Shown here: positions 47,909-59,319 of the stretch, piece after piece | How positions within the stretch are numbered: the stretch's first letter is position 1 | Layout of the letters: every line of letters begins with the position of its first letter | Virus record (IMG/VR): IMGVR_UViG_3300032290_001086 | Strand: one strand, 5' to 3' | Origin: a virus | Taxonomy: Duplodnaviria > Caudoviricetes | Length of the DNA stretch: 64,000 bases | Notes under the pieces: model-generated | Seen by the model: the letters and a program-made list of their open reading frames with translations, nothing else | What the model was told of the DNA's origin: nothing | The model's database searches: none | Made by a program: the position numbers and the translations under genes

Positions 47909-48460
47909 ATGGCTACTAGAAGAGATTTTACAATTAGTTATGGTCTTCAGGCTGATCAGTCTGGGGTTGGAACCAATACTTTATATGTTGATTATGTGAA
48001 TGATAAGGTTGGTGTTTCAACTACAAGTCCATCACATAAATTAACTGTTAGTGGAGATCTTGGAGTCGGTGCTGTAGCAAATATCAGCACCAACCACATG
48101 TTGGATATTGCGAGCACTAAGGGAAGTGCAACCCAATCTGCAATTAGAGCATTATATCCTTTAGGTGGTAGTCTGACTAATACTGAATTTGCAGCATTAG
48201 CACACCGAAGTGGAGCATGGAGAGCACTATTTGTAAACCAAGGTAATGCTGCACATGGTCTGTATGTAACTGCAGCAAATAATTATATAAGTGGAAATTT
48301 AGGACTAAATGGAGCTGCCCCAAATTATCTACTTGATGTTAATGGTGATGCTAGAATTACTTCTACAAACAGATTAAGGTTTGGAGGAACTTCTACTTCT
48401 TCTAATTATTTTATTCAGTACAACTCAACTGCAAATAGTTTGGATTTTGTAGCAGGTTAA
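47909..48460 (+). CDS. Fibre-like virion protein
   Basis: VGVSTTSP..KL.V.G and LGL…P…LDV.G repeats; GGAGG RBS. Confidence 0.7.
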   Translation: MATRRDFTISYGLQADQSGVGTNTLYVDYVNDKVGVSTTSPSHKLTVSGDLGVGAVANISTNHMLDIASTKGSATQSAIRALYPLGGSLTNTEFAALAHRSGAWRALFVNQGNAAHGLYVTAANNYISGNLGLNGAAPNYLLDVNGDARITSTNRLRFGGTSTSSNYFIQYNSTANSLDFVAG

Positions 48461-48464
48461 TATT

Positions 48465-49967
48465 ATGGGTGTTGTAGGAAGATTGGATCAATATGCATCA
48501 ATGCTTGTAACAGAGTTTGATGAATATTCTATGGCTGAGAATTTAGTATTACAGACTTCTGAAATTGGTAACAACTCTGGCACATATCTTAATGGGGGAA
48601 TTGTAGGATTAAATACAACTGCAACTACTTCCCCAAATGGTTTAAATGAAGCAACACTTGTAGATAATAATGGAAATGTAAATCAATATGTCTACTCTCA
48701 ACAAACTGCATTAACAACAAATACAACATACACTTATAGTATTCATATTAAACAAGGAACAAAACCAGATTTTCAAGTCACAATAGATGAAAATAGTTTT
48801 GGTGGAAAAAGATATTATGTAGGATTTACATATTCAAATGAAACTGTAACATCGGGTATAACTGGTGGTGCTAATGATGGTGTAGTTGTAGGTTCTACTG
48901 CGACTAAACTGACAAATGGTTGGTATAGGTTATCTTTAACATTTACTACAAGCACCAATACAGTAAGTACTTTTGTTGATATGATTAATAGATTTGGTAA
49001 TACTCCTGGTTCAAATTATGTTTGGGGAAGGCAACTTGAAAAAGGAAGTGTTGCAACAGATTACACACCAACAACAAGCACAGCAATTAGTAGAGTTTTA
49101 CCAGCAACAACAAACACAAATATCACAAATCTTGGAACATATTATGCTTCTGGATTTGATGAGAATGTTGGTTTTACTACTTTCCTTTCTGCAAATGTCT
49201 TTGCTCCTTATGATCCTGTGTATGATGAGTTTGGTGGAACTCTATTTGGTCCTGGACAAGGAAGATATATGAGACAAAATACTGATAAGTCAGTGATTGT
49301 TTATAATGAGATTGATGAAATTACTGACTTTAGAAATATTGTAAGAACTGGATTGGTTCTAGATTTAGATGCAGGAATGAATTCTTCTTTCAATAATACT
49401 GGAACTACTTGGAATGATTTAAGTGGTAATGGAAAAAATGCAACAGCACAAAATGGAGTTGGGTATATTACATCGAATGGTAGCGGATTAACTTTTGATG
49501 GAACTGACGACCATTTTATTATTTCTCAAAGAGAAACATCATCTCAATTTACATATGAAGCATTTTTAATGCCAACAAATGTATCAAAAGACCAAATGTA
49601 TGCAGGAACGACTTCTGATGGGTTTTATTTAAGAATAACAGGTTCAAAAGCATTTTTGTCGATAAGTGCTGGTAGTCAAAGAACTTTAACGCACGATACG
49701 ACACTACAAAATAATCAAGTTTATCATATTGTTTCTATCTACAATGGAGTTCAATTAAAAATATATGTAAATAATGTTTTAACTTCAGGAACTGTTATAA
49801 ATGCAACAATGTCTGCTTGGGGTGTAGATAGGATAGGTAGATGGAGAGATGTGGACCAAAGAAGTTTTGTTGGAAACATTTATTGTTTGAGAGCATATAA
49901 CAGAGAACTTTCAGAATCAGAAATCTTACAAAATTATAATGCTCTCAAACATAGATTCGGTCTTTGA
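48465..49967 (+). CDS. Virion protein with carbohydrate-binding-like and C-terminal LamG/concanavalin-like domains
   Basis: NGWYRLS…WG.QLE.G..AT.Y.PT; GLVL.LDAG…W.DLSGNG…FDG.DD…YNR.LS..EI.QNYNA…RFG. Confidence 0.8.
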   Translation: MGVVGRLDQYASMLVTEFDEYSMAENLVLQTSEIGNNSGTYLNGGIVGLNTTATTSPNGLNEATLVDNNGNVNQYVYSQQTALTTNTTYTYSIHIKQGTKPDFQVTIDENSFGGKRYYVGFTYSNETVTSGITGGANDGVVVGSTATKLTNGWYRLSLTFTTSTNTVSTFVDMINRFGNTPGSNYVWGRQLEKGSVATDYTPTTSTAISRVLPATTNTNITNLGTYYASGFDENVGFTTFLSANVFAPYDPVYDEFGGTLFGPGQGRYMRQNTDKSVIVYNEIDEITDFRNIVRTGLVLDLDAGMNSSFNNTGTTWNDLSGNGKNATAQNGVGYITSNGSGLTFDGTDDHFIISQRETSSQFTYEAFLMPTNVSKDQMYAGTTSDGFYLRITGSKAFLSISAGSQRTLTHDTTLQNNQVYHIVSIYNGVQLKIYVNNVLTSGTVINATMSAWGVDRIGRWRDVDQRSFVGNIYCLRAYNRELSESEILQNYNALKHRFGL

Positions 49968-50031
49968 TACCAATAAATAATATAAAGTAATCATATTGTA
50001 ATGAAGTTCAATCTTTCACTAGAATTTTAAG

Positions 50032-53000
50032 ATGGCACAGTTAAAAAACGGAACCAGAGTATATGGCAATGCTACAGTTGATAATAATTTAACTGTAACT
50101 AGTGGTAATATTGGTGTTGGTACTGCAGCTGCACAAACAAGACTTCATGCATATGTATCAACTTCAGATACTGTTGCAGGTAGAATAACACCCTTAGATG
50201 TTTTAACAATTGAATCAGAAAATACTGGTGCTATAGAATTTGCTGGATTTGGTCAAGGATTGGTTTTTAGAGGATCAACTTATAGCAATAATACACAACG
50301 AACTCTTGGTAGAATTTTACATCAAATTAATGATGACTCTATTAATACTACACGAGGTACTTCATTAGCTTTTCAGACTTTAGATACTGCAGGATCTACA
50401 AGTGATCCGACTACAAAATTATTGATTGATTGGGCTGGAAATACAATAGTTGTTGGAGATTTAACAGTATCTGGGGGGGATATTACTACTGCAGCTGCAA
50501 TTAATTCAACTCTATTCAGTAATACCACAACTGGAACTATTGGAATTGGTGGAGCATTAACTACAGGTACATTAACATTAGGTTCCGCTAATGGTTCTGG
50601 AACAATTGCAATTGGTAATACTGGAACTGCAGCGGCACAAGCTGTAAACATTGCAACTGCAACCACTGGAACTATTACAATTGGTGGTACTGGTGCCAAT
50701 GCAGTTCAATTACCAACAGGTAAAACAAAAGTTGGACAAACATTCTTAATACAAGGTGGTGCAGTAAATATTACTTTACCAACTGCAGCAGGAACTCTTG
50801 CAACTTTAGCAGATATAACCGCAGCAACTGGATTATCTGCGTCAACATCTTCTACTCAATCTGGATACTTTGGAGATATTTTCTTATTTGATGATTCTAC
50901 TCCATCTCATTATTTACAAATAACAAACAGTGCCAATTTAACTGCTGCTAGAAGTTTAAGTGTAAATGTAAATGATGCCAACAGAACAGTATCATTAAGT
51001 GGAGATTTAACTTTAGCAAATAGTTTAACAACTTCTGGCAACTTTGCTCTAACATTAACAACTACTGCTGCTACTAACGTTACATTACCTACTTCAGGTA
51101 CTCTTGCAGTTTTAGGTGCTAATACATTTACTGATCAACAACTTATTGAATTTGCTACATCTGCAACGGGTGGGCATTTATATGCAAGAGGTTCTTCTGG
51201 AGCAGTTCAGCGAGAAGGTAAGATAAGACTCGGAGGAACTTTCCATACAAGTGCTGATACTGGAACTAGGTTAATTGCATCTCTTCGTGCTGGATTTTCT
51301 GCCAGTGCTTGGGGAAATGAATATCTTGATTTCTATTTAAATAATGCTACTAATGATACTGCATCTGATGCAAACCAAGGCAGGGTAATGAGACTTGCTT
51401 ATGGTGGTAATGTTCTTATAGGTTCAGCAACAGCAACAGGAACAGCATCACAACCACTTCAGGTTACTGGAGGTGCTTATATTTCTGGTAATCTTGGAGT
51501 TGGTGTTACTAATCCATCTACAAAATTAGATGTTGCTGGAGTAGGTCAGTTTGTAAACACAAATAACCAAATACTTTTACATACAGGTACTAATGTTCCT
51601 ACAGTAATTTTAAGAAACGATGGTAGTGATTACTATCATCTATTAAGTGCTGCAGGAACAACTCCTTCTGGAACTTGGAACACTTTAAGACCCCTCACAA
51701 TTAATTTGGTAAATGGGGCAGTTTCTGTTGCGAATACTTCTTCAAACGTATTTACTGTAACATCACAAATAGCTTCTTCTACAGCTTGGGTTTTGAAAGG
51801 AATTACAACTGGAATTGCAAATGATAGTGGTCTTTACCAAGATGCATCAAACAATATGCAACTTGCTGCAAGAGATGGTTCTGGAACATTGAGATTAGTT
51901 TTAGATTCAAATAACACTTCAGGTTCTTATTTAAACACAACTGCTGGATTTGCAATTGGAAGCAATTCAACAACTCCTGGATATACTACATTAGCAACTA
52001 ATCTTAGATTAGGTGTTAGCACAAAGACAGGAACTTATTCAAACTCTGCTGGTGGAACAGTTATTACTATAACTTGCACTAACCATGGACTGACAACTGG
52101 AGATTCAGTTTATATTGATTATACTTCTGGAACTGCAGGGGATTCATATTACAACCAAGTAACAGTAACAAACTCAAGTACATTCACTGTAACTGGCGGT
52201 GTTATTGCTGCAGCCAACTCTGCTCAATCTTGCACTATTTACCCAGAAACACAAATTAGATTCCCTGGGGCATTTGGAGATGGTGGTAATACTTTTGATC
52301 ACACAGTAATTTCTGAAAGAATTTATGGTGCTGGTGATGATTCTGAATTACTTATATACAAAGGTAATGATGGTGGAACATCTATTCAAGACAATATAAG
52401 ACTTGCTGCTACCGGCGATATTTATTTTCATAGCGGTACTGGAACGGGTGTGTATAGTGGTTATATTAATTCCTTTGGAAATTCTTTAGCATCTTCTACA
52501 GTTTCCATTCTTGCTTCTGGTAACGTTGGAGTTGGTACAGTTAATCCAGGTGCAAAACTTGAAGTTTTTGGTACGTCAAGATTTGGCGGAACTACAAGTG
52601 CTGGAAGAAGGGCAGATATAGCAACTGATGGTATTTTAACTCTTGCGTATGGAAATAATACAAATACTTCTAACTTAATTCTTCAAAATATTTCTGATGT
52701 TACTTCTACAACAAATCATGGAAATAGTATTTTATGGCAATTTGGAACTAATACTACAACAACTGCAATTAGTGCGGGAAGAATTAATATTCTTAAAGAA
52801 CAACAGTGGACTACTACTGCTTCTACACAAGATTCATATTTTTCAGTTGACCTTGCAGTTGATGGAACTTTAACTGAAAAATTAAAAGTTACTTCTGCTG
52901 GTAATCTTACAGCTGGCGGAAGCGTCACTGCAAGTAATGATGTAAGCCTTGGAGGAGAACTTAATTTTTCTAATGCAACCAATAAATATATTGATTTTTA

Positions 53001-56000
53001 TACTACAGATGATGTAACTAATTACACTGCACATTTAAGACTTGTTAATAATACCTCAAGTTCATTCCATCTCGGAATGACTATGACAAGAGGTGGTGCA
53101 GTTACATTATATCATAATAATAGTGCTAAACTTGCAACCTCTGCTGATGGAGCTTCGGTAACTGGAAACTTAACTGTATCTGGAGGAGGTATCACTACTG
53201 GGGCCGCAGTTGCTAGTAATTTATTTGGTACTACTACAACGGCAGCCATTGAAATTGGCGGAGCACTAACCACAGGAGCTATAAGAATAGGTTCTACTAC
53301 TGGCTCAGGAGCAATTAATATTGGTAATACAGGTACTGCAGCAGCACAAGCAGTTAATATTGCAACTGCAACTACTGGTACTATTACAATTGGTGGTGCT
53401 ACTTCACTAGTAAATATTGCAACTGGTTCTGCAACGGGAACTGTACAAATTGGAACTACCACTGCAGCAGCACAACAAATTATTATTGGATCTGGAACTA
53501 CGAGTACTATATCTATTGGTGGTACTGGTTCTCCAGTAAATATCGCAACTGGTGCTTCGACGGGAGCCATACAGATCGGAAGTACCACAGCATCTGCTCA
53601 GAACATTACAATTGGTGGAACTACAACGGGAACTATTAATATAGGCTCAGTATCTGGTGCGAACACTATCAACGTAGGAAGTACAAGTTCCACTGCAGTT
53701 AATCTACCAACAGGTAAAACAAAAGTTGGTCAGACATTCCTACTGCAAGGTGGTGCTGTAAATATCACGCTACCTACTGCTGCTGGTACTTTAGTTGGTT
53801 CTGGAGATACTACTTTACCGTCATCTATTACAGCTTCTTCACTGACTTCTGTAGGAACTTTAACTGGATTAACTGTAACTGGTACTGGAACTAATGCTAT
53901 TTCATTAACTACAGGAACAACTGGCGTATTAACTCTAGATTCTGGTTCAACTGGAGGTATTAACATTGGCACTAATACCAACGCTAAAACTATTACTATT
54001 GGTAACGCTACTGGTGCTACGTCAGTGGTCTTAAATTGTGGTACTGGCGCTTTAAACATCGGTTCTAATGCAATTGCTAGAACCATAACAGTTGGAAACT
54101 CCACTGGTGCATCTACTCTTGCCCTAAATGCTGGTACTGGTTTTATTAGATTTAATACACATATTGCAGATTCAAATGGTAATGAATTAATTAAGTTCCC
54201 TACTGCAGTTGCAAGTGCTGTTAATGAAATTACTATATCAAATGCGCCGACTGGCATTGATCCTACTATTGAAGCTTCAGGATCAGATACCGATGTCAGT
54301 TTAGGTATTTATCCCAAGGGGACAGGGTATCTTTATTTGGGGAAAAACTCTGTAGGATCACCTTTACTAACAGTAACTCAAACCCAGTTTCAATCGGTTG
54401 CCTCTACAAATCTATTTCAGGGGTCTGTTGACGTAAATGGCACTCTAAGTGTAGCAAACCCATCTGCAACGCAGTCAAGAATTAATCATCTTAATAATGT
54501 AGATACAATCGTAATTGATAACGGAAATAATACTTATAACTACAAAATTGCCCCAAATGGGAGTTCCACAGATAGTTATTTTGCAGTTACAGGAATTCCT
54601 GGAACACTATCTCCCTCTATAGCCACAGTTGTTGTTGGATCTACATTTAATCCCACAAATATTAGATCCACAGAAAATTATATTAACAATCCAGTTGTAA
54701 TAGGAAGAACTGATCTAGCTTTAACTGGACCAGTTACGGCATTTAACACAACTCCTACAGTCGCAGGACTTGGATATAGAGATGGCGTAAACACATTTTT
54801 AACAACATCTGCTGAGAGTGGTTTTCTAGCTAGAGTTACTTTACTAGTTGGAGGAGGAATTATAAGATCTGTAGTATCAACCCCACTTAGAGAAGGTGCC
54901 GCATATCGTGAATCTGAAGTACTATCAGTTAATACTCCAGAATCAATTGTTGGTATAACTAGTGCCACTGGAAGTGGATCAAATGCGACTGTTAATTTCT
55001 TACGAGTCACTCCTATTGATTGCACTTCTAGTGGAAGTGGAACTACTGTAACTTTAACTTTTGCAGTACAACAAACATATGCACCATATCCAGTTGGGTC
55101 TACAATCACAGTAACTGGATTGAGTGTTGCAGGTCATAATGGAACATTTACCGTCACTGGTTGTACTACTACTACTGTTACATACACCAACGCAACTACT
55201 GGATCAGGAACAGGAGGAACTGTTTCAATTCACCCATTCACTACAGCTCATAGAGTAACTATTACTCTTGTTACTCCAACAAATTACAACGCAACTAATG
55301 TTGCTGTCATAAGTTCTACAGCTACATCTGTTACTTATGCATTCCCAGGAGCTGCCACAACTACTCCAGGAACCACAGGTACACTAGCTCAAGGAACTAC
55401 AGTTACAACCACAGGACAAGTTACTGTGTCCACTGTAAGAAAAGCGGGACTTTCTATATTAAATAGCTCTTTAAACACCATAAGACTTGAAGCGACAGAA
55501 ACAACATCAACAACTTCGTCTACTATTCTTGGAAATATAGTATTCTCAGCTAAAGACCTTAATTCAGGAGGGTATGGAGATAAAGTTCAACTTCGTGGAG
55601 TAGCAGAAGGAACTCAAGGAGGAGGAAGATTAGAAGTATGGACCTCGCAAAGCGGACTAGAACCTTCTTTAGGATTTGCTTTTACTGGAACTAATGAGTT
55701 TAAACTCTATAACAGTACTGGAACTTTTAGTCATACATTTACAAACAGTCCGACTGGCAATAGAATTCTTACGATCCCCGACGTTACGACAACCCTAGTT
55801 GGAACAGACGCAACTCAGACTTTATCAAATAAAACCTACCTAATCCCATTTACTCAAGGTGCTGGAACAGCATTAACAGCAACACAAGAAACAACAAATC
55901 AACCATTATTCCCTGTTCCTGGAGATACTATTACTTTAGCTGCTGGTGTATATGAAGTTAAAATGCTTGTTTTCGTGACTAGAGGTGCAACTTCTACTAC

Positions 56001-56358
56001 TGCATCACAACTAAGAATAAACCTTCTTGGAGCTGGCACTGCAGCAGGAACATTTACTGGAATTGCTATTGGATTCAATGCTGGCACTGGTGCATCAACT
56101 GCGTATCATTTTTCTGCTGTTAATATCAACACAAACAATACAGTAGCACCTTCTATCACAACTGCAGCAGGTAGTTATCAAACTGAAATTTCTGGAATAA
56201 TTAAAATTACCACAGCGGGAACATTTATTCCTGCATATGGATTAACAGCAGTATTAACTAGTGCAACTACAACAACAACATGTAGTGCAACAAACTACAT
56301 GAGACTTATTCCAATAAGCACATCTGGAACTACTACAGTTCAGGGTGGGTGGGCATAA
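50032..56358 (+). CDS. Long tail fibre protein (2108 aa)
   Basis: GN.G.GT..P..KL.V.G repeats, I.IG repeats, internal duplication; AATAAATA 49972-49979 upstream. Confidence 0.8.
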   Translation: MAQLKNGTRVYGNATVDNNLTVTSGNIGVGTAAAQTRLHAYVSTSDTVAGRITPLDVLTIESENTGAIEFAGFGQGLVFRGSTYSNNTQRTLGRILHQINDDSINTTRGTSLAFQTLDTAGSTSDPTTKLLIDWAGNTIVVGDLTVSGGDITTAAAINSTLFSNTTTGTIGIGGALTTGTLTLGSANGSGTIAIGNTGTAAAQAVNIATATTGTITIGGTGANAVQLPTGKTKVGQTFLIQGGAVNITLPTAAGTLATLADITAATGLSASTSSTQSGYFGDIFLFDDSTPSHYLQITNSANLTAARSLSVNVNDANRTVSLSGDLTLANSLTTSGNFALTLTTTAATNVTLPTSGTLAVLGANTFTDQQLIEFATSATGGHLYARGSSGAVQREGKIRLGGTFHTSADTGTRLIASLRAGFSASAWGNEYLDFYLNNATNDTASDANQGRVMRLAYGGNVLIGSATATGTASQPLQVTGGAYISGNLGVGVTNPSTKLDVAGVGQFVNTNNQILLHTGTNVPTVILRNDGSDYYHLLSAAGTTPSGTWNTLRPLTINLVNGAVSVANTSSNVFTVTSQIASSTAWVLKGITTGIANDSGLYQDASNNMQLAARDGSGTLRLVLDSNNTSGSYLNTTAGFAIGSNSTTPGYTTLATNLRLGVSTKTGTYSNSAGGTVITITCTNHGLTTGDSVYIDYTSGTAGDSYYNQVTVTNSSTFTVTGGVIAAANSAQSCTIYPETQIRFPGAFGDGGNTFDHTVISERIYGAGDDSELLIYKGNDGGTSIQDNIRLAATGDIYFHSGTGTGVYSGYINSFGNSLASSTVSILASGNVGVGTVNPGAKLEVFGTSRFGGTTSAGRRADIATDGILTLAYGNNTNTSNLILQNISDVTSTTNHGNSILWQFGTNTTTTAISAGRINILKEQQWTTTASTQDSYFSVDLAVDGTLTEKLKVTSAGNLTAGGSVTASNDVSLGGELNFSNATNKYIDFYTTDDVTNYTAHLRLVNNTSSSFHLGMTMTRGGAVTLYHNNSAKLATSADGASVTGNLTVSGGGITTGAAVASNLFGTTTTAAIEIGGALTTGAIRIGSTTGSGAINIGNTGTAAAQAVNIATATTGTITIGGATSLVNIATGSATGTVQIGTTTAAAQQIIIGSGTTSTISIGGTGSPVNIATGASTGAIQIGSTTASAQNITIGGTTTGTINIGSVSGANTINVGSTSSTAVNLPTGKTKVGQTFLLQGGAVNITLPTAAGTLVGSGDTTLPSSITASSLTSVGTLTGLTVTGTGTNAISLTTGTTGVLTLDSGSTGGINIGTNTNAKTITIGNATGATSVVLNCGTGALNIGSNAIARTITVGNSTGASTLALNAGTGFIRFNTHIADSNGNELIKFPTAVASAVNEITISNAPTGIDPTIEASGSDTDVSLGIYPKGTGYLYLGKNSVGSPLLTVTQTQFQSVASTNLFQGSVDVNGTLSVANPSATQSRINHLNNVDTIVIDNGNNTYNYKIAPNGSSTDSYFAVTGIPGTLSPSIATVVVGSTFNPTNIRSTENYINNPVVIGRTDLALTGPVTAFNTTPTVAGLGYRDGVNTFLTTSAESGFLARVTLLVGGGIIRSVVSTPLREGAAYRESEVLSVNTPESIVGITSATGSGSNATVNFLRVTPIDCTSSGSGTTVTLTFAVQQTYAPYPVGSTITVTGLSVAGHNGTFTVTGCTTTTVTYTNATTGSGTGGTVSIHPFTTAHRVTITLVTPTNYNATNVAVISSTATSVTYAFPGAATTTPGTTGTLAQGTTVTTTGQVTVSTVRKAGLSILNSSLNTIRLEATETTSTTSSTILGNIVFSAKDLNSGGYGDKVQLRGVAEGTQGGGRLEVWTSQSGLEPSLGFAFTGTNEFKLYNSTGTFSHTFTNSPTGNRILTIPDVTTTLVGTDATQTLSNKTYLIPFTQGAGTALTATQETTNQPLFPVPGDTITLAAGVYEVKMLVFVTRGATSTTASQLRINLLGAGTAAGTFTGIAIGFNAGTGASTAYHFSAVNINTNNTVAPSITTAAGSYQTEISGIIKITTAGTFIPAYGLTAVLTSATTTTTCSATNYMRLIPISTSGTTTVQGGWA

Positions 56359-56402
56359 ATAAAGCAGGAATAGAACATTAACAAATAAGAGGATTTTTAC
56401 TC

Positions 56403-59240
56403 ATGTCAAGAAAGGCAATACTTGAAACTTATTATACATTTACTCCCTCAACTAATACTATTGTAATTCCTCGTGCTATTCCAAGGGAAAGATTAATTTT
56501 AATTACTAATGTAACTACAAATACGGTAATCTATAATTTTTCAGATTCTAATTTAAAAGCAACGTCATATACAGTAAGTGGAACCTTAGATACTACAACT
56601 TTAGTTTTATCATATTCTACTTCTGGAATGAGTTCTACTGATAAACTTCAGATTATAGTTGATGAATATGATGAGAAATTTTCTCCATCGGAAACCTACA
56701 TGGATCCAGTTGGAAAAATGCGTGTGTCCACCCCACAGGCATTAATTGATACTGACTTTGAATATGGAACACAGCCAACAAAATGGGAAACAACAGCTTT
56801 ATTAAATAATAAACCATCTGTGTTTTATGATGCTACTGCACCTATCACAGGAATAACGGCAATTACTGGAGCTGATACTAGAACAGTTACAGTTGCATTA
56901 CCAAATACAACTGGACTTACTGTAGGAACACCAATATTTGTACAAGATACAACAGATGCAATTGCAAATGGATGGCAATTAATTGAAGCTGTTACATTAA
57001 ATACTAATTTTACTTATGTTGCTAGAGCTAACGTAACAAATGGTTCTATCTTAGATGCATCTAAAACTTATTTGTTTATAGGATCATTTTTTACTGGATC
57101 TCAAATTCCAGTAAGTGCAACTGCTGGTGCTGCATTTACAAACGTCGGAACACTTGTAACCTGCACAACTACTAATGCACACGGGTTATCAGTTGGAGAT
57201 GGAATTTTTGTCAAAGATACTAGTGCAACTACAAACCCACCCAATGGAGCATTCTTTGTAAAGACTGTTCCTACATCTAATACATTTACATTTGATGTGG
57301 ATCTTGCTCCAACTGGAACTATAACCGCAACTGGAGGAAGTCAAAATTTATATCCTAGACCATATGCTACTTCAATTCATAGAGCTTTTGATGGTGGAGT
57401 AAGCTTTTCTGCAGGTACTCCATATCATGGTAATCAACTTATTCGTCAAACTAGAAGATATTTCAGATATCAATCTGGTAAAGGAGTACAATTTAGTACA
57501 GGAACTAATTTAAAACCAGCTATTCAAATTGATAATATAACATCTTCTACAACAACAGTAACTGTAACTACCAAATTTCCCCATAATTTAGGACCAGGAT
57601 GTACAATTACTGTTTCTGGAGCAGATCAATCTGCATATAATGGAACATTCGCTGTAGCAACAATTACTGGAGAACTAACGTTTACATATACTGCGTTATC
57701 AACTCCTTCTGCTACCCCAGCCACTGGATTTCCAATTACAATTTCTCCAACAAATTGGTATGGTGCTAAAATTCGTATTGGAATGTTTGATGAGCAAAAT
57801 GGATTTTTCTATGAATATGATGGGCAAACACTTTATGCTGTAAGAAGATCTAGTACAGATCAACTTTCTGGAGGAGTTTCTGTAACAAATGGATCAGCAA
57901 CAATCACAGGAACTGCAACTAAATTTTCATCTGAATTAAAACCAGGAGATTATATTACTATTCGTGGAATGAGTTATATTGTTATTTCAATTGCAAGTAA
58001 TACTCAATTATTTGTTTCCCCAGAATATAAAGGAACTACAATTTCTGGAGGAAAAATTGTTGCAACCAAGAGGACTCAACAAAGAATTCCACAAACTCAA
58101 TGGAATATTGATAGGTGTGATGGAACTGGATATTCTGGATATAATGTTGATTTAACAAAAATGCAGATGCTTTATATAGATTATTCTTGGTATGGAGCAG
58201 GTGCAATTCGTTTTGGATTTAAAAATCAACGAGGTGAAATTATATATGGACATAGAATTGCAAACGCTAATTATAGAACTGAAGCATATATGCGTTCAGG
58301 TAACTTACCTGCAAGATACGAATGTAATACAATTCCTCCAATTACTTATCTAACAGCAACTCTTGCAAACACAAATACTACGTCTATGACTGTTAATGAC
58401 ACATCTGAATTTCCATCTTCAGGAACAGTTATGATTCGTGCAGCTGGAAATACTGGAGCTGTAATAGAATATGTAAATTATACTGGAAAAACAGCAACAA
58501 CATTAACTGGCCTTAGTAGAGCAGTTACTAATTTAACTGGACCTGGAGGATTAACAGGAGGTGGTGGTACAGGAACTGCAGCAACATTTACATTTAGTGC
58601 AACCGCACCAATTTCAGTAGAATTGCATTCTCCACAAACTGCAGCAAATGTTGGCCACTGGGGGTCTTCAGTAATCATGGATGGAAGATATGATGATGAT
58701 AAATCATTCCTATTTACTGCAGGAATGGTTAATTCATTATCTGTTAATTCTGCGGTTACAAATGCTCTTCTCTCAGTTAGATTGGCTCCAAGTGTAGATT
58801 CTGGATTTACTGGAATTTTAGGACAAAGAGAATTGATTAATCGAATGCAATTAACTCTTCGTGAAGTTGGTATTTTTTCTGCTGGAACTTTTTTGATTAA
58901 TATAGTTCTTAATGGAAGATCTTCTGTGGCAACAAACTTTACTTCAGCTGGTGGCTCATCACTTTCTCAGTTGTGTTTGCATACAGCTGGAACAACTATT
59001 ACTGGAGGAGAACCAATTTATTCTTTCTTTGTAACTAATGGAATTCTTACAAAAGAATTAAATCTAGTTAGAGATTTAGGTAACTCTATCTTGGGTGGTG
59101 GAAACTCATTAGCTCATCCAACAGGAACCGCAAATATATATCCAGATGGTCCAGATATTGTTACAGTTACTGCAAGAAATCTTGGGGCTACTGCAGCAAC
59201 AATTAATGCAAGATTATCCTGGACAGAAGCTCAAGCTTAA
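56403..59240 (+). CDS. Virion structural protein (945 aa)
   Basis: DPVGKMRVSTPQALIDTDFEYG, RQTRRYFRYQSGKG, YSWYGAG, NLPARYE; CATAAATA 56354-56361 upstream. Confidence 0.8.
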   Translation: MSRKAILETYYTFTPSTNTIVIPRAIPRERLILITNVTTNTVIYNFSDSNLKATSYTVSGTLDTTTLVLSYSTSGMSSTDKLQIIVDEYDEKFSPSETYMDPVGKMRVSTPQALIDTDFEYGTQPTKWETTALLNNKPSVFYDATAPITGITAITGADTRTVTVALPNTTGLTVGTPIFVQDTTDAIANGWQLIEAVTLNTNFTYVARANVTNGSILDASKTYLFIGSFFTGSQIPVSATAGAAFTNVGTLVTCTTTNAHGLSVGDGIFVKDTSATTNPPNGAFFVKTVPTSNTFTFDVDLAPTGTITATGGSQNLYPRPYATSIHRAFDGGVSFSAGTPYHGNQLIRQTRRYFRYQSGKGVQFSTGTNLKPAIQIDNITSSTTTVTVTTKFPHNLGPGCTITVSGADQSAYNGTFAVATITGELTFTYTALSTPSATPATGFPITISPTNWYGAKIRIGMFDEQNGFFYEYDGQTLYAVRRSSTDQLSGGVSVTNGSATITGTATKFSSELKPGDYITIRGMSYIVISIASNTQLFVSPEYKGTTISGGKIVATKRTQQRIPQTQWNIDRCDGTGYSGYNVDLTKMQMLYIDYSWYGAGAIRFGFKNQRGEIIYGHRIANANYRTEAYMRSGNLPARYECNTIPPITYLTATLANTNTTSMTVNDTSEFPSSGTVMIRAAGNTGAVIEYVNYTGKTATTLTGLSRAVTNLTGPGGLTGGGGTGTAATFTFSATAPISVELHSPQTAANVGHWGSSVIMDGRYDDDKSFLFTAGMVNSLSVNSAVTNALLSVRLAPSVDSGFTGILGQRELINRMQLTLREVGIFSAGTFLINIVLNGRSSVATNFTSAGGSSLSQLCLHTAGTTITGGEPIYSFFVTNGILTKELNLVRDLGNSILGGGNSLAHPTGTANIYPDGPDIVTVTARNLGATAATINARLSWTEAQA

Positions 59241-59286
59241 TAGTAACTTATATACTTAGATATTATTTCTGACCCTTAACAGAGTC

Positions 59287-59315
59287 ATTATACACAAATC
59301 CAGAGGTCTTGTCAA
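59287..59315 (-). promoter_or_regulatory. Consensus sigma70 promoter on minus strand
   Basis: Reverse complement reads TTGACA, 17 nt, TG-TATAAT. Confidence 0.8.
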
Positions 59316-59319
59316 GGGG

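Noticed and set aside
19197-55109. Long minus-strand ORFs (19197-20240, 22237-22950, 46739-47383, 53112-54257, 54678-55109 etc.)
   Set aside because: Shadow frames of G/A/T-rich structural genes; no RBS, promoters or recognisable motifs
45429-59240. Diversity-generating retroelement targeting fibre tips
   Set aside because: No reverse transcriptase and no adenine-specific TR/VR pair seen; the repeats differ at synonymous positions
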